This document shows positions 20,823-29,834 of a stretch of 64,000 nt of DNA, in pieces (positions within the stretch are counted from its first letter, which is position 1; each line of letters begins with the position of its first letter). Source of the DNA: an uncultured cyanobacterium (lineage in GTDB: Bacteria; Cyanobacteriota; Cyanobacteriia; CAKZMO01); contig CAVRCJ010000011.1 of assembly GCA_963719515.1 (NCBI GenBank), positions 288,001 through 352,000 on the forward strand. The letters are read 5' to 3'. The position numbers and the translations under genes are program-made. The notes under the pieces are model-generated. The model ran no database searches, was not told where the DNA came from, and saw only the letters and a list, made by a program, of their open reading frames with translations.

Positions 20823-22673
20823 GTGGGGCATCTCTTGAAACCCGCTAAGCTTTTGTCACCCCGCAGCCTGAGGCTGTGGAGCTGCTTAGCCTGGCTGGCT
20901 ACGGTGTGCGGCGCTGCGTTTTTGTGGAAGCTGGGATCAACGGGATTGGTGGACGAGACAGAGCCGCTGTTTGCGGAGGCGGCGCGGCAGATGCAGCTGA
21001 CGGGAGATTGGGTAACGCCCTACTTCAACGAGGCGACCCGGTTTGATAAGCCGCCGCTGATCTACTGGCTAATGGCGATCGCCTATCAGATTGGTGGGGT
21101 GAGCGCCTGGACGGCTCGGTTGCCCTCTGCCCTAGCGGCGGTGGGGCTGACTTTTATGGGCTTCTACACGCTGCTGCGGTTTGGCGCGGCGGGGCTGCCG
21201 GACGCGACGGCGCAAAGTGATGGGCCGCAGCGGCAGCCCTCAGCGCCACCAGAGCTAGCGCCAGAACTAGCGCCAGAGGCAGCGCCAGAAACAGCCGACC
21301 TACACTGGGGGACGGCGCTAGTCGGGGCGACGGCGATCGCCTTCAACCTGCAGACCGTGGTGTGGGGGCGTACGGGGGTGTCAGACATGCTGCTCGTGGG
21401 CTGTATGGGCAGCGCCCTGTTCGCCTTTTTCTTGGGGTACAGCCAGCCCCAGCGCCCCGCTGTGCAGCGGGGGTGGTTCGTCGCCTTTTACGTTTTGGTT
21501 GCCCTAGCGGTGTTGACCAAAGGCCCGGTGGGGATCGTGCTGCCGGGGCTGATTATCGGCGGCTTTTTGATCTACTTGAGGAACTGGCGGGCCCTGCGGG
21601 AAATGCGGCCTTTGCTGGGGATGGCCCTGGTCTTGGGGCTGACGCTGCCCTGGTACATCCTAGTGATTCGCGCCAACGGCCAGGACTACATCGACAGCTT
21701 CTTTGGCTACCACAACCTGCAGCGGTTCACCCAGGTGGTCAACAACCATGCTGCGCCCTGGTACTTCTACTTTCTGGTGGTGCTTGTGGGCTTCATTCCC
21801 TGGTCCCTATACCTGCCCTGGGGGCTTTTACGGCTGCGGGCGTGGCGGCCCCAGGGGTGGCGTCAGCAGCCGCGCCACCGGCAGCTGGGGCTGTTTGCTC
21901 TGGTGTGGTTTGCGGCGGTGTTCGTCTTCTTTACTCTGGCGGTCACCAAGCTGCCGAGCTACACGCTGCCGCTGCTGCCCGCCGCTGCCGTGCTGATTGC
22001 TCCACTGGGGGAAAAGGGTAAAGGTGGGGATCGCCCTGGCCGCGACGCCGGACTGCGGCTGAGCGGCTGGGCCAACACGCTGTTTATGCTGGTGCTGGCG
22101 GGGATGGTGTGGCGGAGCGCCCCCTGGATGGGCAACGACCCCGCGATGCCGCGCCTGCCAGAGGCGATCGCCGCTTCCCGCATCTTGTGGTGGGGCGGGT
22201 TGGGATGGCTGGCAGCGGCAGGGTTGAGCGGCTGGCTGACCTGGCGGCGAGGGCTAAAGCGCGACCCCAGCGGCTTCTTGCCTCAACTGTGGTGGTCCAA
22301 CGTGCTGGGGTTCGGCGTCTTTTTGCTGTTTACCCTACTGCCGGCCCTAGACCTGATGGACGACCAGCGACAGCGCCCTCTGCGGCAGCTGGCTGACACC
22401 GTGGCGACAGCCTCTCAACCCGGCGAAGAGCTGGTGATGGTGGGCTTTCAAAAGCCCAGCCTGGTGTTCTACGCCCAGCGGCCCGTCACCTATATCTATA
22501 CCCCGGCAAAGGCGATCGCCCATCTACGGCGGGGCGGGCAGGGATCGCCTCCAACGGCGCTTTTAGTGGGTCAGCCCGATGAAATTGCCCGTCGCCTGAC
22601 CTCTGACCAGTATGAGACTATCGCTGAGGCGGGAACCTATCAGCTCGTTCGGGTCTATCGAAATCGATTGTAA
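20823..22673 (+). CDS. ArnT/PMT-like (GT-C fold) glycosyltransferase
   Basis: DETEPLFAEAARQM, FDKPPLIYW, ARLPSA, LTKGPVG, TKLPSY and many TM helices. Confidence 0.9.
   Translation: MGHLLKPAKLLSPRSLRLWSCLAWLATVCGAAFLWKLGSTGLVDETEPLFAEAARQMQLTGDWVTPYFNEATRFDKPPLIYWLMAIAYQIGGVSAWTARLPSALAAVGLTFMGFYTLLRFGAAGLPDATAQSDGPQRQPSAPPELAPELAPEAAPETADLHWGTALVGATAIAFNLQTVVWGRTGVSDMLLVGCMGSALFAFFLGYSQPQRPAVQRGWFVAFYVLVALAVLTKGPVGIVLPGLIIGGFLIYLRNWRALREMRPLLGMALVLGLTLPWYILVIRANGQDYIDSFFGYHNLQRFTQVVNNHAAPWYFYFLVVLVGFIPWSLYLPWGLLRLRAWRPQGWRQQPRHRQLGLFALVWFAAVFVFFTLAVTKLPSYTLPLLPAAAVLIAPLGEKGKGGDRPGRDAGLRLSGWANTLFMLVLAGMVWRSAPWMGNDPAMPRLPEAIAASRILWWGGLGWLAAAGLSGWLTWRRGLKRDPSGFLPQLWWSNVLGFGVFLLFTLLPALDLMDDQRQRPLRQLADTVATASQPGEELVMVGFQKPSLVFYAQRPVTYIYTPAKAIAHLRRGGQGSPPTALLVGQPDEIARRLTSDQYETIAEAGTYQLVRVYRNRL
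21243..21296 (+). repeat. Degenerate 12-bp tandem repeat encoding APEL/APEA units in a loop of the glycosyltransferase
   Basis: ccagagctagcg ccagaactagcg ccagaggcagcg ccagaaacagcc. Confidence 0.75.
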
Positions 22674-22709
22674 TTGGGGCCATCCCTGTTCTATGAGAGC
22701 ACAACGCCA

Positions 22710-23615
22710 GTGAGAGAAAATATTCAACGGCTGACGGACAATCTGGGCCAGACTATCGTGGGCAAGCAGTCGGCGATTCAGCTGGTGCTAACGGCCCTGC
22801 TCTCGGGGGGGCACGTACTGCTGGAGGACGTACCGGGGGTAGGCAAAACCCTGCTGGCAAAGTCCCTGGCCCGCTCCATTGGCGGGGTGTTTAAGCGGGT
22901 ACAATGTACCCCGGACCTGCTGCCCGCCGACATCACCGGCACCAATATTTGGAATCCGCAGACGGGGCAGTTTGAGTTTTTGGCGGGTCCGGCGCTCACC
23001 AATATCCTGCTGGCGGATGAAATCAACCGCGCTACGCCGCGCACCCAGTCTGCCCTGCTGGAGGTGATGGAAGAGTATCAGGTGACCATCGACGGGGTGT
23101 CTCATCCGGTGCCTCGCCCTTTCTTTGCGATCGCGACCCAAAACCCCATCGAGTATCAGGGGACGTTTCCGCTGCCTGAGGCGCAGATGGACCGCTTTGC
23201 CGTCTCGCTAGAACTGGGTTACCCCTCAGAGGCCGAAGAGTTAACGCTTTTGCAGCAGCTGAATCAGCGCCGCGAGGTGGACCTCAAGCCCTGCCTATCG
23301 CTGCAGGATGTTGCCGAGCTGCAGCAAGCGGCGCAGCAGGTGCGCATTGAGCCTCACCTGCAGACCTATTTGCTGACGCTGGTGCGGGCCACCCGTGAGC
23401 GGGAGGACGTGCGCTTGGGGGTGAGCCCTCGGGGCAGCGTGTCACTCTATCGCACGACGCAGGCGCTGGCGTTTTTGGAGGGCCGGGATTACGCAATCCC
23501 CGATGACGTGAAGCGGCTGGCTCCCCATGTGCTGGCCCATCGTTTGATTCCTGATGCGGGGCGGCTGGGGCGGCAGATTGTGGACGATTTGCTGGCGTCG
23601 GTGCCGATTCCGTAG
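22710..23615 (+). CDS. moxR: MoxR family AAA+ ATPase
   Basis: EDVPGVGKT, TPDLLPAD, LADEINRATPRTQSALLE, ATQNPIE, LPEAQMDRF. GTG start at 22710 inferred. Confidence 0.93.
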   Translation: MRENIQRLTDNLGQTIVGKQSAIQLVLTALLSGGHVLLEDVPGVGKTLLAKSLARSIGGVFKRVQCTPDLLPADITGTNIWNPQTGQFEFLAGPALTNILLADEINRATPRTQSALLEVMEEYQVTIDGVSHPVPRPFFAIATQNPIEYQGTFPLPEAQMDRFAVSLELGYPSEAEELTLLQQLNQRREVDLKPCLSLQDVAELQQAAQQVRIEPHLQTYLLTLVRATREREDVRLGVSPRGSVSLYRTTQALAFLEGRDYAIPDDVKRLAPHVLAHRLIPDAGRLGRQIVDDLLASVPIP

Positions 23616-24551
23616 CGGTAGGGGGTAGGCGATCGCTTGAGTCGTTGTAATCACGTTGCACTGTCAAGCTTCACTACTGGGATCACAAGTGTGGCGATCG
23701 CCGCTTTATGTGAGATAGGTGACTCTTTACATGAGGCGGCTGGCCTCTCAGGTGTGGCTGGCCTCGCTTTGTGTGTTGCTGCTGTCATTTCAATCGTGGG
23801 CGATCGCATGTCAGGTGTCATGGTTGATGCTTTGGGTGGCGCTGCTCTCATCTGGCGTCTCGTCGGACTCGCGTTTTGTGTCGTTGGTGAGGGTTTAGGT
23901 GTGGGCGATGTCTTCCAGGCGGACTTGAAGTATCGTTGGTCGCCGTTTGAGCGGCGTCTGTGATAGTTCAGACAGCAATTGCGATCGCCGTTGAATCATA
24001 GCGTTGCACCTTTACGTTATTTGAGGATAAGCACCTCGTGCTCAATACACCCGCAGGCAAGAACCGAAGTGTTGAGAAGGCGTAAAGGGCACGAAGCATG
24101 TGATCGCAGAGGCTATATGTGACGGCATTACCGCAATGCCTGTACTAATCAAGCGCACTGGCAAAAGCAATCGTGCTTTGATGGAGGGCACACTGTGAGG
24201 GCGATCACTCCGTAACAAAGTACACTTGCCTATCATTAATCTGACAGCGACAAAATAAGGGCAACTCCCATAGGGCTTCAAAATGTCCCCACCTGACACG
24301 GTCAGCACCCAATTCACCAGTACTTCTGATGATCAAACAGAGCTAGAAAATGGCAAAAGTGTATTTTTAAGTGAGATAACTGCCTTCCGTAAGAATAAGA
24401 TAGGCAAATTACGTGCCATAAATCACTGGTGGAACATCACCTTTACCGTAGCTGGCATTACTTTCACACTCTTAGTGACCGTGCTCGGCATCGTTGATAC
24501 AGATAACAATGCCACTTTAAAGAATTGGGTTAAACTTGGCATTGGTTTGTC

Positions 24552-26162
24552 GTAACCGTCCCTGGAGGATGGTTCTAAGCCGCCAGCGCAGGATTCACCA
24601 GTAGCGGCTTATCGTCAGGGCGAGGGTTGTCATCTGGAATCAGCGGCAGTAATGAAGGCGGTGCTAATCCTCCTCTTGCCGCCCGGCAAGCTTGTGTGAG
24701 GAACTCGAGCAGGCTACGCTGCTGCGCTTTTAACGAAGCACTCACCGTCAGCATCCTGGCCACGAACTCGCTACCCGCTTGCGACTGCGAGCCAAAGCTG
24801 GTGCGCCGCCAGATTACTGCTGGTCTCAATGCTCGCTCTGCTGCATTGTTGGTCGGCTCGACGCCAACGGTGGTGACAAAAGTCCACAAAGCAGGCTCCA
24901 CTTTGAGCAGCATGCGGCAGGTGCGCACGGTTTTGGCGAGCGGCGTCTTCTCGCCTTGGGCAATCGGCAGGGCCGCAGCAGCTTCTAGCTCCGCTTTGAA
25001 GCCTGCACGCAAGTGTCTGACATGGAGAGCAAACTGCTCTCTGGTGAGGGTGCCATCACGCACCCGATGCCACCAGCGGAACAAGCGCCGCTCTCGCCTC
25101 AGCAGCGCTTCGCCAATCTCCTTCGACGCGCCGCTGCGCTGGGCTATCGCCGTCAAGTCTCGTTTAAGATGTGCCCAGCACACCTGCCATTGGTCTAGTG
25201 CTAGCCACTGGTAGGCGCTGTAGCGGTCTGAGATAACGATGCCCTTGAAGTTCTCCCCGATGTGGGCTTTTGCTGTCCCCTTCGAGCGAGAGAGCGCTAT
25301 CTCGAAGATGCTCACTAGAGGAGTGGCCAACACCCACAGCCAGCCTTTGCTCTTCTGGGCATTCTGGCCATCCCGATTCCCCTGAGTGAAGCTGGTCTCG
25401 TCACTATTGACCACAGGCTGAGATTGCACATAGCGTTTTGCTTCGGTGACCGCCCCGCTTACCGCTGTACTCATCTCCTGGCGCATCCGCCCCACCCCAC
25501 CTCGCGATAGCCTAACGCCAAACAGTTCTTCCATCAGCGCGCATACTTGCCGGTGGCTCTGACGGTAGGGTCCGCTCAAGAGCCCGACGATAGCCGTTAG
25601 CCGCTCCCCATACCCCGATGCAGCCACCCCTTGCGGTAGCGCTGCCCTCGTCACACCCCCGCAGTGCTCGCAGCTGAGCTTGTGCAGTTGGTACTCCACT
25701 ACCTCTGGTAATACGGGCGGCACTTCTATCACCTGATGCCGCTCAGGGCGCTTCTCCTCTCCCCGAAGCCCTTCCCCGCAAAAACCACACACCTCCGGCT
25801 TCACCTGATGCACCGCGCTGCAAGCCTCTGGAGGATACAGCTTGCGCACTCGCCGAGCCGCTTTGGGCGTCCCCTCGCGCTTGGGCGCTCTGCCCTTCTT
25901 CTTTTCCTTTATTTGCTTGCCAAACCCATCCGAGGAGGGCGGCCTAGACGAATTCTGCGAGTTCTGCTTGATCTGCTCTTCCAATGCTGCCAATCGCTCA
26001 CTGAGTACCGTCACCAGCAGTCGCATACTGGCAGGGCTGGCCTCCCAGTCGCTTTTCGGAATCTTGACCCCGGCGATCTCAATGTCTTCACTCATGTCGC
26101 CAATTTACCTGAGTGCGATCCCGGCAATGCCTAAGCCTTCCTTAAATCTCTGGGACGGTTAC
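24552..26162 (-). mobile_element. IS66-family insertion sequence, single-ORF type (1611 bp)
   Basis: Terminal inverted repeats GTAACCGTCCC/GGGACGGTTAC and an 8-bp target duplication GGTTTGTC at 24544-24551 and 26163-26170. Confidence 0.95.
24575..26095 (-). CDS. IS66 family DDE transposase
   Basis: NSQNSSRPPSSD, zinc finger, SDETS, SDRYSAY, QVCWAHLKRD, PTNNAAERALR. Confidence 0.95.
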   Translation of the reverse strand: MSEDIEIAGVKIPKSDWEASPASMRLLVTVLSERLAALEEQIKQNSQNSSRPPSSDGFGKQIKEKKKGRAPKREGTPKAARRVRKLYPPEACSAVHQVKPEVCGFCGEGLRGEEKRPERHQVIEVPPVLPEVVEYQLHKLSCEHCGGVTRAALPQGVAASGYGERLTAIVGLLSGPYRQSHRQVCALMEELFGVRLSRGGVGRMRQEMSTAVSGAVTEAKRYVQSQPVVNSDETSFTQGNRDGQNAQKSKGWLWVLATPLVSIFEIALSRSKGTAKAHIGENFKGIVISDRYSAYQWLALDQWQVCWAHLKRDLTAIAQRSGASKEIGEALLRRERRLFRWWHRVRDGTLTREQFALHVRHLRAGFKAELEAAAALPIAQGEKTPLAKTVRTCRMLLKVEPALWTFVTTVGVEPTNNAAERALRPAVIWRRTSFGSQSQAGSEFVARMLTVSASLKAQQRSLLEFLTQACRAARGGLAPPSLLPLIPDDNPRPDDKPLLVNPALAA

Positions 26163-26534
26163 GGTTTGTCAGGCGCTGCTGCAGTGGCATCACAGTCGGC
26201 AAATAGCGAGTTCCGCGTGCGTAACAAGGCCAGGGAATACACTAGGGTTGAGGCACAGGCATGGATTCTAGAGCACAAGGTTCGCCGTGCGAAGGCTGCT
26301 GCTGATCTTGAAGAGTGCCATGAAGAGTTCTATAGATTAGTAAATAACACAGCTAAAGCGGAAATAGCCTGTGATGAAGATGGAATCTCTTCATAAGTCA
26401 TGCATTCTTGAGAATCATTTAGAGAGATGTAGACTATTTTGAGCAACTTGAGTGAAAAGGCTTCTAATATCGGAACCTCTTATCTTTTTGTTAAGCCAAA
26501 CGATCGAGATTGACTTCAGGAGTCTACAGCTATC

Positions 26535-27893
26535 ATGAGTGATTTTGAGCCTAAAGAGAAGGCTTACGTGGCATTTCAGGGCGGCGGAGCATTGGGAGTA
26601 GCGCACTTTGGTGCTTGGCAAGCCATATCCGAAAATTTCGAGATTGTTGGTGTTGCAGGAACGTCATCTGGATCAATTGTTGCCGCCCTATGCGCTGCAG
26701 GCTTTTCTGCTGAAGAAGCATTTGAAAGATTTCAAATTGGGTTGCATGAATTTGTAGAGCATAAGAATCCAACTTGCTCAGCTCTCAACATTGCATTACG
26801 GATGCTGCTTGGTCTAGATTCTTCTAGCGACGGCCATAGATTTCAAAATTGGCTAGAGGATCAATTAGAGGATTCTCCATTAGGCAAGCGCAAAGTCAAA
26901 TTTAGAGAATTCAAAGATGAGTCGAAGCCTTATATTGAAATCATTGCCTGTGATTTGAACAATCCTAATGAGCCTGTAAAATTCTCGCCTTATAAAAGCG
27001 ACTGGAACACTCTGTCCGATGCTGTTCGAGCCTCCATCTCTCTACCCGGCTTTTTTGGCATTCAGCGGCTAGGAAATCGAGCGCTTATTGATGGCGGCTT
27101 TATATGCAACTTTCCTATGGAGTCAATTTACAAGCGGGCAGCTCAAGAGGACTGTGCACTTATAGGTGTGCGCTTTAAAAAAGAGAAACGCTCATCCAAT
27201 TGGTTTAACTTGCGGCATGTTTTTTCAAGAAGCTATGAAGTATTAATGGCCAATAGCAGCCAAGTATCGGAGGAGATTAGAAGCTATTCAAAGCATGCAA
27301 TTATTGAGATTGACGATTTAGGTTTTAATCCATTAGACTTTAACTTAAGTCAAAAAAAGACTTGCTGCCTAAAGTCGGTGGGCGAAGATGCCGCAAGAGA
27401 GCAATTGACCAAACTCCAAGACCGGCTTGACCATATAAAGCTTCAGTTGCTGGCCCAACTTTCTCCTGGCGAGCGTGCGGCTGTTATACAAGCGCAGCAG
27501 TGGTTCACGAATACTGCAATACCGGAACGCGAAAAATACTATACTGATATACTAAACTCTAATCAGCTCCACAGCTTACGGTTGACTGATCGAGATAAAG
27601 ATGATTTTGATTGGGAGATCAGGAAATATTTGATGCGAATATCTGAATCCTTGATCGACCTGAAAAGCCTTAATATTGTCGCGGAAGAATCTTCTTTACC
27701 TTCGCTTGAAACGATAGGCATTAGCATTAAGAATCATAAGACGATTTCGCCATCTATTCGCAGCCAGAAAATATATGATGTGGTATTTGATTCGATCAAA
27801 GAAGATATTCCTGACTATCTAGGTTTCAAAGACCATATTGTAGAGCGCTTAGAGTACTTACAAAGGGCAATCGGTAGATGCCTTAAACCTTGA
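26535..27893 (+). CDS. Patatin-like phospholipase with an unassigned C-terminal domain of about 150 aa
   Basis: FQGGGALG oxyanion loop, GTSSG nucleophile elbow, AVRASISLPGFF and DGG catalytic Asp motif. AT-rich codon usage. Confidence 0.9.
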   Translation: MSDFEPKEKAYVAFQGGGALGVAHFGAWQAISENFEIVGVAGTSSGSIVAALCAAGFSAEEAFERFQIGLHEFVEHKNPTCSALNIALRMLLGLDSSSDGHRFQNWLEDQLEDSPLGKRKVKFREFKDESKPYIEIIACDLNNPNEPVKFSPYKSDWNTLSDAVRASISLPGFFGIQRLGNRALIDGGFICNFPMESIYKRAAQEDCALIGVRFKKEKRSSNWFNLRHVFSRSYEVLMANSSQVSEEIRSYSKHAIIEIDDLGFNPLDFNLSQKKTCCLKSVGEDAAREQLTKLQDRLDHIKLQLLAQLSPGERAAVIQAQQWFTNTAIPEREKYYTDILNSNQLHSLRLTDRDKDDFDWEIRKYLMRISESLIDLKSLNIVAEESSLPSLETIGISIKNHKTISPSIRSQKIYDVVFDSIKEDIPDYLGFKDHIVERLEYLQRAIGRCLKP

Positions 27894-27901
27894 AGAAAAG
27901 C

Positions 27902-28150
27902 TTAGCTTGAGCTTAGGTCTTCAATTTTAACCTTTAGTGTGTGCAATTGACTAACCCGATGATAGAGAAGACTTCCTTTCCCCTCTTGCTCTAGCAAGTC
28001 AATATTGATACCCAAGCCTCGTAGATCATCCATTGTCTGCTCAACTGCCAAAAACAGTGCAGTCCTTAGCTCAGAAGGATCAACTTGCATAATTTCATCA
28101 TAGGATAGGTTACAGAGATGATGAATATCATTTGGAGACAGTCGTGCCAT
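27902..28150 (-). CDS. Small hypothetical protein (82 aa)
   Basis: ATG-started ORF convergent with the patatin gene, with plausible helical composition. Confidence 0.55.
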   Translation of the reverse strand: MARLSPNDIHHLCNLSYDEIMQVDPSELRTALFLAVEQTMDDLRGLGINIDLLEQEGKGSLLYHRVSQLHTLKVKIEDLSSS

Positions 28151-28156
28151 AAGTAC

Positions 28157-28184
28157 AAAGCAGTAGTTTCTTAACTACTGCTTT
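28157..28184. terminator. Inverted repeat / possible terminator
   Basis: AAAGCAGTAGTT-TCTT-AACTACTGCTTT. Confidence 0.5.
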
Positions 28185-28303
28185 ATTCGAGACCCGTGAC
28201 GCTAATCCGGAGCAATAGTTTTCCCGGAATATAAAAACAAGCTTCTCCTTCTCTTGAGCGAGCTATTTCTGATATTTTTCACGATCTGACTTGTGCTTTC
28301 CTA

Positions 28304-29506
28304 GTACTTAGCCACAGTGATTACGACGGGTCATGGTTTGGGTAGAGACGAGCCAGCTTGGTTCTGGCATCAAAAACCGAAAAGCGCCAATCAACGGTGG
28401 CCTTGGACTGGTTGCGTTGCTCCTCCCAAGCAGCGGTTTGCTCAGTCAGCTCCTCAATGGAAGGGATGCGGCGATTCAAGCACTGCCTTGAGAGGACCGA
28501 AAACTCCAGCTCGACCATGTTCAGCCAACTCCCATGCTTTGGGGTGTAGTGAAACTCGAGACGTTCGAGAATTCTCAAAGCCTCATCAGGCGCAAAACTT
28601 TTGTAGAGCGAAGCGGGGGAGTGGGTGTTGAGGTTGTCGAGCACAACATGCACCAGATGGGCTTCGGGAAAAAGAACGTCAACCAGATACTGCATGCACA
28701 TAGCGAAGTCGTAGCCAGTGCGCTGCTCGGTGACCTTGAGGTGACGCCAGCTCGCTAGCGGCTGAAAGAAGCCGAACAGATTGCAGGTGCCCTCGCGCTG
28801 GTATTCATAGTCGTAGCGTTGCGGGTGACCAGGCGCACATGGCAGCGGAGTGCGCGTTTCGCTAATCAGCTGGCAAGGACGCTCATCGAAGCAGACCACC
28901 GGCTCTATCGGGTCGTAGGGCCGAGCATAGAGCTCTAGGACATTCTCCATCCGCCAGATAAAGTCGGCTCCCACGCTCGGGAAACACCACTGCTCCTTCA
29001 GCCAAGGCTTGAGCTGGTTTGCTTTAAGGTCCGTCTGACCGTCTCATCTGAGATACTCTCGACCACCTGTATCTCCACCAGCCGGTCGGCCAAAAGTTGC
29101 ATGGTCCACTCATTGCGACCCTCGGGCGGCTCGCTGCAGGCCGTTGCCACCAGAAATGCCTCAGCTTTGCCATCGAGCTTGCGGCGGCCACCTGGCCTAG
29201 GACGCTCGCTCAGCGCGAAGTCAACCCCACCTTCAACAAACTTCTGACGAGTCCGATGCACTGTGGAGACGCTGCTGTGCAGCATCTGGGCGATCGTCTC
29301 ATCGGCTTGGTCTTCGTTGGCCAGCAGTAGAATCTGAGCTCGTTTCATCTTGCGGGCCGCAAGTTGACCACGGCGTGTCAGTTGCTCAAGTTCGTTTTGC
29401 TCTTCTGGTGTTAGCGCTACCTTGTATTTGTGGGCCATTGGACCGATAACTATGGGACAAAATGATTCTCCCATAGAGGCCTGTCATATCTTGTGTGGTG
29501 GAGTAC
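28304..29506 (-). mobile_element. IS630-family insertion sequence (about 1.2 kb)
   Basis: Imperfect TIRs GTACTTAGCCAC / GTGGTGGAGTAC flanked by a duplicated TA within CTAG. Confidence 0.9.
28321..29438 (-). CDS. IS630 transposase, split into two frames near 29020
   Basis: OrfA has an HTH (RAQILLL, WTMQLLA, ETVRRTLK). The -1 frame continues LKPWLKEQWCF...DERP...VLDNLNTH...TPKHGSWLNMVE. Confidence 0.88.
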
Positions 29507-29834
29507 TAGCCTCCGTATGTGGCCCTCAAGGTGCTCCTTTTGCAAAAATAGCCTCTTGTGTTCGCTCTGTAGATTTTAGACTGAGATTGACTGAAGCCGC
29601 TTTCTCAATTTCATAAGTATCTCTAAATAGGCTGCGCATACCATTCATAGTTTACTTGTGCTATTCGAACGATACGAACAGTTTTGATAATTTGCTGAAA
29701 TAAACTTTTGAGATTTCTCTTGCCTGCTTATGGAGTAGCTGAATTCTGAATTCAAAATCCTAGCTGAGGGCAAATCCCCCATAACTGAACGACATATTTA
29801 TTCTGATAAGCTCTAATGGGTATCAGAGCCTGTA

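Larger units (their letters stand above)
24283..26396 (+). pseudogene. Two-TM SLATT/DUF4231-like protein (164 aa when rejoined: 24283-24551 + 26171-26396), interrupted by IS66
   Basis: Removing the IS and one copy of the TSD restores an open frame ...WVKLGIGLS-GAAAVASQSANSEF.... Architecture is helix, 2 TM, helical tail. The family call is inferred from architecture only. Confidence 0.7.

Noticed and set aside
25842..26396. 184-aa plus-strand ORF
   Set aside because: It is a chimera of IS66 antisense sequence and the 3' half of the interrupted 2-TM gene.
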